Below, one piece after another: positions 45,481 through 62,666 of a stretch of DNA of 64,000 bases. Position numbers and translations under genes: made by a program. The stretch covers positions 992,001 to 1,056,000 of the forward strand of contig NW_020845264.1 of assembly GCF_003704095.1 (NCBI RefSeq), read 5' to 3'. The stretch's first letter is position 1, and every line of letters starts with the position of its first letter. This DNA comes from Pocillopora damicornis. Its lineage: Eukaryota. Under the pieces are notes generated by a model. It worked only from the letters and a program-made list of their open reading frames with translations. It searched no databases and was not told where the DNA came from.

Positions 45481-48400
45481 CTTATTATGAGCCTAGGACA
45501 GCACTTTAAGGGATCTTGCAAAAAAAAAAAATCAGTTGAAATCTGTGGAAACAAGGGGTTGTTGTTTATGGCTCCGCTGTAAGTTCCACAAGTTTGTTAG
45601 GTTTCAGCAAAGAATTCAAAGTGGTAGCAAAACCTTGAGCATTGCCATTTCAACCTGTGTAAATAGCAGCCTGCAGAGATTGCTTTAAACTTGATGATAT
45701 TTCACACATACAATGCCATTTTTGCTTTAAACTCTGTGATCATTAGGGGAAAAGCACACTGCACACTTCTGTAAATAAAGTAACAGTTTTGGAGGTTACC
45801 TTAACCATTTTATAGAAGCTATAGAAACCCCTGATTTTTTGTACAACAACTGCAACAAGATATGCTTTACATAAAAAGTAACTTACTTCCAGAATAAGAT
45901 TTCTGTTCTGCATATCCTGTGTCCATTGTGGAACATACCTCTGTGGAATTTGAGGATGATAACGAGACCACACGGGTATGCTAAGTCCAAGCACACAAAA
46001 AACTGATTTCAATATTTAACCCATCTTTGGAAAGTGGCCCGATCTTAGTTTTCTTACGCTTTTTTCTTTAGGAAAAGTCCTCTTGATCATTAGTTGACTT
46101 GACTTTACATTATGTTCATCTCGTAGTGTATATTTAAGTAATTTGGCCAGAAAATGTCTAGTTACTCGCATGATTAGCTGAATTAAACTTCACTGAAAGA
46201 CAGAAAAGTTGTTTTTCTTAGCTTAGAATATCGATTCAATTCAGACACAAACTTACTTTAAAATAAAATTTCCGACATATTTGAACTTCGTGCATGTCAA
46301 TTATGCACTGTCTTAAGCTTCTCTGATTACTTATAAAGTCCAGACTTCTTGCTCTTAATGATATATCAGTCTAATTTAAATTATTCTTTTAGGTTGGAAG
46401 TTTATTAGAATGCCGTCACACGGACTGTGAAGACGTAAGAGACTTGATTCATGGAATTTTCTGTCATCTTTTTAAGGTAAACTAGCTTGAAATTATGCAC
46501 GCTAAAAGTATTTTAAGAGTTAATCTGCTCTGAATAACCTAGAGCATGAATGTTTGATCTTACAAAGGATTTGCTCAAACAAGCTGAGACTAGCTAAAAT
46601 ACCAGGATTGCTGCGTGAAATACACTGCAAAACTGGCACCCTTAATTTATTTTTGTTTGTTACCTAGTGAAATCATTCTTGTAAACAAACGGCGAACGCT
46701 TGACAACCTACAGAAACTGCGCAAATCGAACGTGACGACCTTCTTAATTTACCTGTGAGTTTGACTTTCAGTTGCCATTATCTATGTAGTGGTTCGCTAG
46801 GCTTTATGCGAGAATTTAGAACTATTCTAGAACGAATGTATTCACGCTCGCTTCGGCGTCAAGGTTTGCAGGAAGCCACTGAAAATACTGTGACAGAGCG
46901 CTGTAGAGGGACTGGGTATCAGCCTCAGTCCCATTCCTCCTTTACAAGTTAGGAAGATGTATTACTCTTCATCACAAAAACATGGTTGGTTGGAATTTAA
47001 CCTTTTTGTCAGCAGCACCGCTTGAGACCGAGGACGAAGAATAGGATAAAGACTTTTAGAGAAAGTAGCGTGACATTTTATGCAACCAGAAGTTTTTTTT
47101 ATTCATAGGTTGTTAAGAGAATTTAATATTGTGCTATTTGTTGACGCCAAAGTACTCAGGGCGAGTGGGTTAGAATATACCACAAAAAGCCTTCAGGGAG
47201 CATTGAGAACTCAATTTAATATCACTTATGAGAATAGCTTCACGGCATTGAAATCACAGAATTTGTGCATTTCAATGTGCTCCCATTATAACTGGGAAGT
47301 GTAGATACTCAATCCTAACACATTCGCACTTGGAAGTTGATGTTCACCCTAAGCGAGTTTTACGAAGCCTGATTTTTGCTAATCTTGTCCCGTTGATCTC
47401 TAATTTAGAGCTGGATTGTAGAACACACCGAAGCGAATTAGTCCAGATATTCCATTAGAAAAGCTTTCGGAAGAACGCAAAAACTTAATTTGAAATCATT
47501 AACTTGATACATACGTAGCAGATTCATTTGAAAAAAAAGTTATCTCCTTGATCCATTGTGGGCAAAGAATACAGGGCAGAAATTTGCATTAATTTTTCCG
47601 CCCACAACAGATTTTAAGCGTAATTTGCGGGAAAATGATAAGGTTGTTTCAATTTGCACTTCAATGACAACTGATTTCGTTACATTTCTGATATTTGGTC
47701 GATGTTCTTCAGTCTTTTTGGACGTGAATCTTGTTACGAATACGGTAATCATCTAAGCAGTTTGTTGGTTTATTGCCTCTTGCACTGGTCTCACTCTTAA
47801 GTACCCTGTCAAAATAAATACACGCAACTGTTTGAGGAGTGGTGGCCTTGGACTTATGTAACTGTTGAATAAATCTTCCGGTCCTCCGCTCTTTCAGTCG
47901 AGTCGATATCCATAATTATTTGCGAATCGACGGAAGCTCATGAATAATTGATCAAACACATTAGTTTAACTTGAGAGAGTGATTCATCCCAACGTGATTA
48001 TTCAGTTAAATATCCTAAGAAGACTTAACAGAGGTATAGCCATCCCGAAGTCGATTATGCTTTTTCACCAGATTGCGGCATAAGACCAGTTAATTGTGAC
48101 CCAAACGATCAATTATCCGAAAACTTCTGAAGATTATTTAGGAAACCGATTGCGGTCCATTTTGAGAATCATTTAGCAGTCGTTAAAAAAGAGCTGTTTA
48201 AGTCGAGGTCCCAGTAAAACTGCAATGCACATAGTAAATATGTTAATAAAGCTTTTAACTCTTAAGCTTCTTACCTTGACCCCTGCATGTTAAACCTATG
48301 AAGGTGACTGTTTGCTTCGTTCACAGTCGGAGCTTTGAAGTCTGCCTCCCACATAGAAACTTTTCAAAACCTACCGAAATTAAGTATTAATAATGGATGA

Positions 48401-50459
48401 AATAAGTCCTCGATTCTTGATTCGTGAGGATTCATCTCTAAGTATCACTTAACTCAGACGCAAAACTCTTTTGAATAACTCTCTTCTAATGGCTCATTTC
48501 TTTTAAAGTACGCGATGATAAGTATCTCTATGCTATGGACACTCAGTGTCCTATTTTATCGAGGAAACTACTACAGATGTTTTACTTCGTCTTCAAATCG
48601 ATTTTTTCCGGTGTGTTAAGAGGTAAAAAGGTGTGTAAAACAGTCAGTTCATTGGTTGTTTTCGTTTTATTTGAGTTTTAGCCGTCAGGTCATTAGAGCG
48701 AGTTGTACCAGGGAATTTAAAAAGGTTGAGAATTGCGAGTTTCAAATTAAGTCGATGTTCATCGCAGGCCACTGACTCAACGTTCGGAGTCAACTATTTG
48801 TGGAAGTCAGACTGGTTGGAATATTTAACAGGCCTTTCATGGCCCTTGTAGACTTTATTGCTCCTTAGTTTAAATTTTACATTAACCATAGGAGCGGTTT
48901 CTTGTTTTGGACGTTTTGTTTGCTGTTGCGTAGCTACCACCATCTTAAAAACTTAGCAGATGTACTGAGTCAGAAACAATGTTGAGCTTTCTTTTAAGCA
49001 TAGAATCACAGCTCGGTGAAATTTATTTTTCTGTCTCTCGTTTGTTATCATAAACAAGTTTTCAGTTAGTTTCAGTGTCCGAGTTTTTGAAACCACCTCG
49101 AAAGCAACGCAAGTTATTATTGAGTAATTATACAACTTGTGGGAGATCTGGGTACGAAGATAGGCAGCCAGCTGATCATGCGGATCAACAAGCCTCTGGC
49201 CTTTAGTCTGTGCTTGGTTCAACCCGCTCAATATTTGTTTTTGTGCTAAGTTCCAAACAGTGCCCTGCACAGAGAATAATTTAGCAGCAACGTTTTACTG
49301 CGGAGGACTGAAGAACGAAAAGCGTTAAGTTTCCTCTTCTCTGTACAAACTCTCTGAAACGATTTAAGAATCAGTAGAAGAAGAGAAAGTAAGTAGAATG
49401 TTTATTTGTTTTGTTTTTTTTCCTTTACGCTATTGCCTCATCGCAATGGTTCAAAACATTTTATGCCAACATTCGTTAAAGTACAAAAGCCCATTTGTCT
49501 GAAAGACGAGCTATGATGAAACCCGACGTAATAGCCGCGATCAAGCTCTACTCAATTAGTTCAGTCCAGATGTCTTAGTTCCGCGTTTTAGAAGAAAAAC
49601 GTTTTAATTTTAAGAAATGAATCTTTCGTTTTTTGGATCAACACCCTGGCATCTGGAATACAATAAGAACTAGTTTGTAATCTTAAAACTACCAAAATTG
49701 ATTTTGGAAGGTAAATTTCCATTTCAGACTCTGGTGAAATGTAAATAGCGGAACAGTCGAAATTAAAACTTGCAAATTTACAGCGAAGAAATTGCCTTGG
49801 GCGAAGAATAAGGTGTTTTCATGTTGGCATCCAATGGAAATTTTTTTTTATTTTCCGGTTCATTTATTGCATATGGGTCTATTACAAAAATGATAACAAT
49901 CAGAAAAATTTTAAATTTTCTCTAAATCCCGATTTGAGAAAAAGGTATCGGTTAGCGATGCAAAGGACTTTTACAAACTTATCGTAATGCAAGAAGTATT
50001 GAGACGAGATTTTGAAACTCCAGAGTAATCGTTCTTTATCGGATGCAAAGTCTTACTGAAATATCATGTTGAAGTTCTACACATGTAAGTTTGTTCTGTC
50101 TCACTTTGTAATGACACTTATTGCACCTTGTTTTCAACTTTGTATAGATGATCGAGGACACGAAGACCTAATGATATCTGTCATATCTGTCAATGAAAAT
50201 AATGATGATTATTATAATTATGATAATGACGAGCATAAAATATTCAGATATTATAGATAACACGAACAGTGAAGAATGTGGTTTCGTGTGATAACTACAA
50301 ACTTCATGCCGCAGGGACACCCTACTATTACTTAGAATCAGATAATGTGCATGGCAGCTAATTTCCAATCCAAACTCCCGTTCCTGTGGACTTTCGCTAT
50401 TATGGACACAAACTCGAGGTTTCTTGGTTGTCCCCTCAGTTGTATTTGACAACTGATTG

Positions 50460-50570
50460 ATGTTATTGTTGTTATTATTATCGTCATTTTTATACCAGTC
50501 ACTTTTAAGATTACTATCATTATCAATACCATTATTAATATTATTATTATTACTATTATTATTATTATCA
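50460..50570. repeat. Imperfect (TTA)n/(TTG)n microsatellite
   Basis: ttattattattactattattattattatc and flanking degenerate triplets. Confidence 0.85.
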
Positions 50571-53500
50571 TGGACAAGGATCATGGTTATTATTGGGTCT
50601 ACCTGCCCTCCGACGATCTATACCAAATTTATTACAAAGTGCAACAACTTTTTTAATGCAAACTGCGACAATTTTTTTCTATTACAAAGTGAGACAGAGT
50701 GAGATGATTCATAACAAAGTGCGACAATTGTTACAAGTGCGATGATTGTTAAAAAGTGCAACAGAACAAGGTTTCTCGTCACTTTAAGGTTCAATTTTGG
50801 TGTTCATATGCGCTTAAAAGAGGTTTCAAAGAAACTAAGTTCATTTAAACCTGAAAATATTCGAGGAAGTGTTCGTGACTCGGCCCAGTAGCCAATTACT
50901 TTAAGGATAGGTGTCTACTTTGTGTGAGGTCCGTATGACACAACTTTCACTTGAAAAAGTTCTTTAATAAAGAGAACAGCTGGAGGTAATTTGAAATTTT
51001 GTTGAAACAGCCAATATGCTAATGACGGCTTATTAAACGGATCGGAGAAACTGACTTAGTGCCACATTTAAACAGGTTTCTTGCTGTAAAGTATCCTTTA
51101 TTGTTATACGATTTTTCATGAAATGTAATCTCTTCATTCTCAGTATGCAGATGACGAGGATGCTATGTTTTGATTATCGATTTAAGTGAAATTTAGCATC
51201 CCTTCACCGCAGATGTTCTTACCAACTTGAGAGACAGTCTATGTAAATACTTATTTTTCTGGGAAAATATAAACTGGCCCGCAATTAGTTAGACGACAAT
51301 CAACTGAGCGCGCAGGCTCTAATTGTGCTTACCGAAAGAGTAAGTTATTTCCGCTGGAAAAGAGAAATTTTTTGTCGAGTATGAATAATATTAGTATCTC
51401 CAAATTAATTTATAATCTTGGGATATATACTTAAGGTGAACGAAAATTTAATCCTTTTTATTAGACTACGAAAAACTTTAAAATAGTGTGAATATTATCA
51501 TCATTATTATTGCTGTACTGATTACTAGTAGAAATGTTGTTATTACTAGTACTTCTATTACCATGCAGCTACGTAAGCAAGACACACGTGAGCGCCTTTT
51601 AATTAATGTACTTTTGACATATCCCAGCTCTGATTTTCAAGTAAACGTTCCCAAAAGCTAGTTGTTGCTTTACCATGATAAACTTATTGATGTTTTAAAA
51701 TTTAACAACTTTTTTTTCACCTTTTATACTTAAAAAAATTGTCAGCTTTAAAATTTAACAAGTTGCTGTTTAATTTGAAACTTGTATCGGCTTTTCAGAG
51801 ACTATTTTACCAAGTGCATGCACAGGTAATGTAGTCCTTGAATATTGCGGCAAAGAAACATGATTATCTGAGCTCTTATCTGGCCCTGGGCACCAATTCG
51901 TCGCTCATTTAAGATTTACATTTGACTGTCCCTTTGATTGTTACAGCGGAGATCATTATACAGAAAGCCCGCCACAATCCGAATTCATAATCAGTTTAGA
52001 ATTGTTATCAATGCGACTGAATCACCCCATTAGCGTACAAGGCGGCTTAACATATCGAGGTATGAGTATTTCAGAGGTAAATGAATCAGATCACAAACTT
52101 TGTTTTACATCAGGATGGTTCCCAAAATAGTAAATGACAGTGCTGATTAGTAAACAAATAATGCTATGTAAAGAATGTTCATGTACGGGGTTTTTTTTCG
52201 CCTTGGATTTCAGAACACCTGAGTTCCTCACCGACGCGTGGGCCTTTAGCAGCGGACCACAAACGGTGAGATTTTGAAACTTTTTCAAATATTAGGCTTC
52301 ATACTTTTTATCTGAGCGAAAGTTAAATCATGTAAAGCTTGACACTTTCCTGTCATGTAATCTGATTTTAGTTTTTTCGTATTTTTTGATTGCGTACCAT
52401 TAATAATGATTGTGGTACAGAGAAAAACCCACGCATAATATCACAAATTAGATAAGGTTTCTTAGAAGTTAAGTTTTACATGCAAATGAGAATTTTTTCC
52501 TGTGAATTGGGATCACGCTGCCTATGCATCATTGGGTTTTTTTCGTGTTTTGACTATTAAAAAAAATCGAGAAATAAGAATAAACCCGAATATGTATAAC
52601 AAGGACGGGAAAGGAAATTTATTAGAGGGCTAATTTATTTTTATGTTATTCGGGAAAGAGAAGTTTATAGCCTAGCTTTTGCGCAAGGTGGTATGACGAG
52701 GGAGTCAACGTTGGCTCCTTAAAGTTTTTCAGGACATGTAGCCGGCTGTTCTTTGTAAACGCTCGATCTCCATTTGAAATTTTTCGTTTATAATCATACT
52801 TACGTGTAAACTGTTGGAAAGTCATGAGTGGCCCTTGGACACGCTTTTTTAATACACGTGAGCTTTTTACTGTCTTTCTCGCCTACATAACCAATGGTAA
52901 AACACTGGTAATTAATGGAGACTAACTATAATCTTGTTGATGGAGATTAGAATTGAAAATGACTTCGCCACTGAAGGAGATCCTCACGGACTAACCGCTT
53001 ACGGTAAAATCTGCTTAACGTTTTCGTTTAGCATACATGGATTGCAAACCTGAGGATGAATTAAACTCATAATCTGAATATTAATGGTAGAAATTTGCAG
53101 AAAACTTTTTTCATCCCGATTAATGCTTTTGACACGTTCTTTGTGGTTTACTTTCTGAAAACGATTTTGGGTTATTAAAGCTTTTAAAGCTTTTAATTTT
53201 ACACAGGTGGTGTAGGTCTCATGTCGAAAATGGATTAATTTTTTACAGAAATTCTTAGAGCTGGTGCCTTAGTCTTTTTTGTTAATGGAAAAATCCCAAG
53301 TAGTTTTAGCTACGAAAATGAGTTGGCAAAAAACCTTTCATTGGTAACTGATGTATAACTGCTCTGACTTGTTTGAAGTTAGTAATGTATACTTTTAGAA
53401 AATGAGTTGAAAAAAAATCGATCTCAATTAGTGAACTCTATATTACTGAACTCCTGCTTTTGTTTCGGGTGATTTCCCCAATAAATGCAAAAACGATTCT

Positions 53501-56028
53501 TGATTTTCGTCCTCACATTAGTATTTTATTTTAATTTAAAAGCGTTCAACATGCATGCAGCACGCGACGATAATCGCGTCTCTAATTGACAACCCATTTT
53601 TGGGTCTTCCTTTGTCATTTTTCATAGACAAACATTGGCAGACGCAGTCTTGTTTTCACCAAATGACGATTCATTCAATTCAATTGCACTCAAAGTGTTC
53701 TTGGTCCTATTACTACCAAATACAACATTGATGAAAAGATTTAGTATCAACAATTTCCAGTATTCTAGAGATATCGGCAAAGTGACCAATCGCACCTCTC
53801 TGAATTAATATAAAACATTTGTTTAGTTTTTTGAATCGGAAACACTAATCTGGAAGCTAATATCGCAGGATCAGATGCACAGTGATGGGCTTGATTGAAA
53901 TTTTGACATACGTCGGAACATTTCAGTCATAAAAATAGATCGAGCTGTAGACATAACGGAAATGGAAGAAATTATACGCCAAATCCTTTAGAGTTCCATA
54001 CAGTACGTAATTTGCTAATCTACCAAAGATAAAAAGCTTTTCGGACAAACAAACGAAAACATCTTGAAATTCAGACCAACTTTAAGGTATACAAAGGCGT
54101 GCTGTGATAGTAAAATAATCCGTCACCTTTTATTTATAACGCTTACATCTTGCAGCTGGCTCTAAGTATGTTAATTCGTGGTTTGATGTAAGTTGTCTTT
54201 ATATGTATTTACCTGAAAGCCTTCAGGTCTTTGTTCAAGATAATTTATTTCGTTTAACCGCCCGTGGGTTATAGTCGCCAACAAACTGGACATCGATTAT
54301 AAGTCATTGAATAAATATTCGTGAAAAAATCCCCGAAGGCTCTGTTCACTCAAACAAGACATTTTCATCATCTTACAAATGTAGGTAGACAAACTCGTGA
54401 TAAAACTTGAAGTTTTGTGATTTTTATTAATAAATCAGTATAGGAAGTCATGTCATAAGATATTTATAACGTTGTGCATTTTCATTAAGAAATTTTGTAA
54501 CTAAAAAATGCTGTATCTAGGCGTCGCTCGGTTATCAGGTTGGCTTCAGGTGCAAAGTTTTGTTTCTGATAGGAGAATTGATCTTATCGAATGGAATATT
54601 TGCGTGTATCGGAAGACTTAGTCGATAGAAAAAGTACAGAGTCCAGAGATCGAATACGTTATTTCAGTGCTTTTTTGGACATCGAACACTTAAGAAATGG
54701 ATCTTGATGACGAAATTCTACCCCCCGTGGAATGCAATGCGTTGTGATTGGATTGTATTAAAATGGAGACTGAAAAAGAATTTCGGAAAGTTCTTAATTC
54801 ACTGTATGCACAAGAGGAAAAACTGCATGAGGTTAAAGCAAACATTATTATATATAGGCTAGGTGATTATGGTGATTCTGACACGTTTTTCGTAATTGGA
54901 GATGAGAATGCTATAGTACTCAGCCGGAAAATTAATTTATCTTGAGGTAGGAACACATGCACTCATTCAAGGAGAGTAATGGAAAAATTTCTGACCGTTC
55001 ATTTTCCTCCACTTTACCAAGCAGAAAAGGTGTAACTTCCTAACATCAAACTTGTTATCATATCCTGTCGCCCGATGAAGATACGAGTCCATTTTCACTA
55101 AGCCTTTGAAACTTCCTGAATATTTTGAGCGGAAGAAACAGGCTCACATTACCGCTCTCTGATTATAACAGCCTGAATGTACAACATTCTATATTTTCGC
55201 CTATCTCACTCGGCTTGAGACTTGTTCTAATTCTTCTAAACCTGGTTTAATTCAAGTTGTACTTAAAAGTTTAAAAGGGAAGAATTTTACAAATAAGTCC
55301 TGTTTGTCAAAAGTTAAGAGTATAGGATTTAGAATAACGATGTATTCATGTATAGAATAGCGTAGAGATACCTCAACAAAAAAAGAAACTGACAAGTTGA
55401 TCGCAGTTTTATTGGAGCCGGTCATATTTTTATGGTTAGTAGTGCCGATGAAACAAACATCATTTCCACAAAGATCTGAGCAGTAATTCGAACTCTGGAG
55501 AAGAACTGAAATCGTTTTGACTTCTCTTCAACTAAGACACCATCTCAAATCACCTGTTCGTAGCTGCAAAGCGCAATTTTCATACGATCCTGCCTTGTCA
55601 GGGAGTTTTTTTGCTATGTTCTTTTTTACAGGCTTAAATGTCTTCAAATATTCACCGACAGTGAGACAAAATAGTTCTGAATAAACAAAGGAAGATAACT
55701 TTTTACCTCTTGAACCTTGCACTTTCCGTGTGGTATATTTTGTTAAACTTTCCACTAAGAAGTGTAATTCTAACTGAGTAAAATTAATTTGGCTTCAACT
55801 CATAACAAAACAATAAGTATTTGTTCTATTCAACTCAATGGATCGACTGAGCATAGTCGCATGGATCTTACAGCTATTTCAGTTATTACTTTTTAGAGAT
55901 TTGTTCAAACATCGGACATTTCCACTCTTCATGGCTTCAGCAAACCATACAAATCAAGACTGAACTCCAGTGTATTGAAAGACGTAGAAATATCGATTTT
56001 GTCTTCTCGTTTTTCAGGCTTAGAGAGG

Positions 56029-57060
56029 ATGGCGGATGCCGTGTACACATTTTTCGCTATTTTGGCCACACTCATTGGAGGAAGCGGTGTGATCCTTAAC
56101 TTTCTCGTGTGTTTGATGTACTTCGCAACTCCGAAGCTTTTAGATGCCACTAACATCTTCATGCTCAACATGGCGGTTGGAGACTTAACTTACTCAATCG
56201 TGGCTCTTCCGCTTCTGGTCGCTTCCAACGCTCGGGGTGAATGGGCATTTGGAGAAGCAGGTTGTACTGCTTACGCCTTCATCACATTTTTTTTTGCACT
56301 TGGCACCATGATGCTACTGGCGGTTGCTGCTTACGAGCGTTACTTCACGCTATGTAGGTTGTACAATGACGGTCAAACTCAGTTCAGTAAGAAAAGAGCA
56401 ATCGTTCTGTGCGCACTGATATGGTGCTATTCTCTGTTCTGGAGCGTGATGCCGGTTCTTGGTTGGTCCAGATACATCCCGGAAGGTATTGGTACCAGTT
56501 GTTCAGTGGACTGGACTTCAAAAGAGCAAGGTAATGTGTGGTTCACCATCCTTTTGATCCTGGGCTGCTTTCTGCTTCCTGTTTCCATCATTATCTGCAG
56601 TTACCTCAAGACCTTCAGGGCTTTGAGAAAGTTAAGCCAACAAGCGTTGCAGAATTGGGGAGAAAACAACCGTGTCACCCAAGAAACCCTCAAGGCAGAA
56701 AGTAAGATGATGTGGATAATAATCGCCATAACAGCAGGATACCTCTTTGCCTGGACGCCGTATGCCTTAACTGCAGTAGTGGCCATTATAAACCCAAACA
56801 GGATCAGCCCTATTGGGGCCACGATTCCAGCTTATATGGCCAAATCTTCAGCTTGCTACAATCCAATAATTTACGTGTTCATGTATAGAAAGATGCGAAG
56901 CAGATTGTGGGCAATACTTTGTTGCAAGAAATCTCAAGTTCATCCAGACGCACAAATTGCTTCTGAAATGGCAAGCTATCAGAAAAGTGCAGCGGTTACA
57001 TATGCTGGACGAGGAACTTCATTCGATGATAAAAACGTAGACTTTCCCCACTCAGCCTGA
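56029..57060 (+). CDS. Opsin (cnidarian type), 343 aa, CDS without introns
   Basis: 7TM ORF with ERY, GWSRYIPEGIGTSCSVDW, FAWTPY and PAYMAKSSACYNPIIY (retinal-binding K296 equivalent). ATG at 56029 follows an acceptor ttttcag at 56017, implying a 5' UTR intron. Confidence 0.96.
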   Translation: MADAVYTFFAILATLIGGSGVILNFLVCLMYFATPKLLDATNIFMLNMAVGDLTYSIVALPLLVASNARGEWAFGEAGCTAYAFITFFFALGTMMLLAVAAYERYFTLCRLYNDGQTQFSKKRAIVLCALIWCYSLFWSVMPVLGWSRYIPEGIGTSCSVDWTSKEQGNVWFTILLILGCFLLPVSIIICSYLKTFRALRKLSQQALQNWGENNRVTQETLKAESKMMWIIIAITAGYLFAWTPYALTAVVAIINPNRISPIGATIPAYMAKSSACYNPIIYVFMYRKMRSRLWAILCCKKSQVHPDAQIASEMASYQKSAAVTYAGRGTSFDDKNVDFPHSA

Positions 57061-57064
57061 ATAG

Positions 57065-57328
57065 CTGGCGGATCTTGAGGGGAAGGGGGGTCAGAGGATT
57101 TTGAAGTATCTCTACAAAATTCACTGATGATCCCCCCTTAAGTCTCTGCAATATTCTTTTGAACCACCCTCATTGGCAGTTAGTCGTCTATCGATTTGAA
57201 GTAGTCCCTCCTGTTTAGTCTGTTGGCAACGACTTATTCCCTCTCATGTATCCCCTGAAAACACGTGATCCCCATAAATCCTCCGCTCCCCCTCCCCCTC
57301 TCAAGTGATAAACAGTGATGGTCCCTAA
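57065..57328 (+). mobile_element. MITE immediately 3' of the opsin stop codon
   Basis: Same family and orientation as 5117-5340; ends gtgataaacagtgatggtccctaa. Confidence 0.6.
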
Positions 57329-57680
57329 CTGACATCAAGGAATATCAGTGAAAGAGTTTGATCTTGTTTCCGGGTTTTTCAAAATATCGTGAACTTTAAC
57401 TGACACAAACAACGCCTATGAGGTTTCCAAGATTTCCGGAGTTCTAATGGAACTCAACTGAAAATTTTAGCATTCTCTCAAAACGATGCGTACTCTATGC
57501 ATTTCGACAATGTTAATCTGACTCGTCCTTGTCGGTTGGTTTCGAGAAACGCGAGGAAGATGGGTACAACTCATGGACGTACGCAACAAACTACACAGGG
57601 GACGGTGAGGCAAATGTTCTCTCCTTCTTTTGCGTGCGATTTTCACGGAAGGAAGAGGGACAAGTTCTATATTTGTTCTC

Positions 57681-57942
57681 AGGCGTTACTTATTATTTAT
57701 CACGAGGTGAAGGGGGGGGGGGGGGGGGGGGAGGGGGAGAAAGGAGGAGGTTTGGGGGATCACATGGTTTTCATTGTTGCCAGAGAGTATACAGACGGGA
57801 CTTTGAACTAACTACCAAGAAGGGGGGAGGGGGGGGGGGTCATAAGAATGTTACAGAACTTTATGGGGGATCAGGTAAATTTCAATGACACAACCAAAAT
57901 CCTCCAGCCCTCCCCTGGTGATAAATATTGAACAGTCACTTA
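57681..57942 (-). mobile_element. MITE, inverted copy of the 57065 family
   Basis: gggggatcacatggttttca and gggggatcaggtaaattt...gacacaaccaaaatcctcc are reverse complements of motifs in 5117-5340. Confidence 0.6.
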
Positions 57943-58809
57943 GGAAATGTGAGAAACTCCATATATTCATAAAAAGGATCCTAAAGTTGAAAAAATCCAC
58001 AGCCAAAATAGATTTTCCATTACTCTTAAAGGAATCTTTAGTTAACTGTTGTGTCATGAGAGTTCAACAGAAAAGTAATGTTCATTGAGTAAACATGTAA
58101 AGTGGAGTCGAAATAATTGAACTCACTACAACTTAAATTACTTTAAAGTTATTTCCTTAAAAAATACCCTTTGTAAAATCATATTGCCTTTAATGGTAGA
58201 TACTCAGGATATCAAGTTTGTCAAAAAATAACGTAGGAGGAGCAAGTTTACTTTTTAGTGCAAGGAAAATATATGTTATTCAAATAGAGTTCTTTAACCA
58301 ACTTTCAGTGACAACATCAATATACACACAAGGAATCAATTACGAGCACTTGAATATTTTCTTCAACATTGTAAATCCCAAACTTGGGTCACACCAATGA
58401 CATTACCTTAAACCAAATTTGGTTCTGAATTAACACTGCATTTCTATGTTTAAAACATTCTTTGCCTCATACCTTTCATTATGACCACAGTCCCCAACAC
58501 TAACATGGTTGGAACTTGAAAATGTTTGAGAAACCAAGACCAAACAATATATTGTGGAAGGCTCCAAGCCATGACTAAAACCCTCTCATAGCTTCCATCT
58601 AAATCTAAGAATTCAACTAATTCAACTGCACTTGACTGGCAAGACTCCAAAATAAACCACTTTACAACTGGCCTTGCCTTATTTTTACAACTCTATAGAT
58701 TTAGTTGCTTCTTAGAAAAGAGTTATCAGTAAGTAGAAGTTGTCCCCAGAGATCTGACAGCACCCCTAGTTTTTTACTATTGATGTGGTTCAAAATAATG
58801 CATCACTTC

Positions 58810-62666
<3,857 letters not shown>

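Noticed and set aside
50168-50702. Poly-Asn, poly-Ile and poly-Leu ORFs
   Set aside because: Products of the (TTA)n microsatellite.
55975-56028. TTG-initiated N-terminal extension of the opsin ORF (similarly 33496 and 34916 for the GPCR)
   Set aside because: The opsin and 34916 extensions run through a polypyrimidine tract and acceptor and are intronic; 33496 is a non-ATG start upstream of the ATG at 33652.
57497-57888. Gly-rich ORFs
   Set aside because: They come from poly-G tracts of a MITE.
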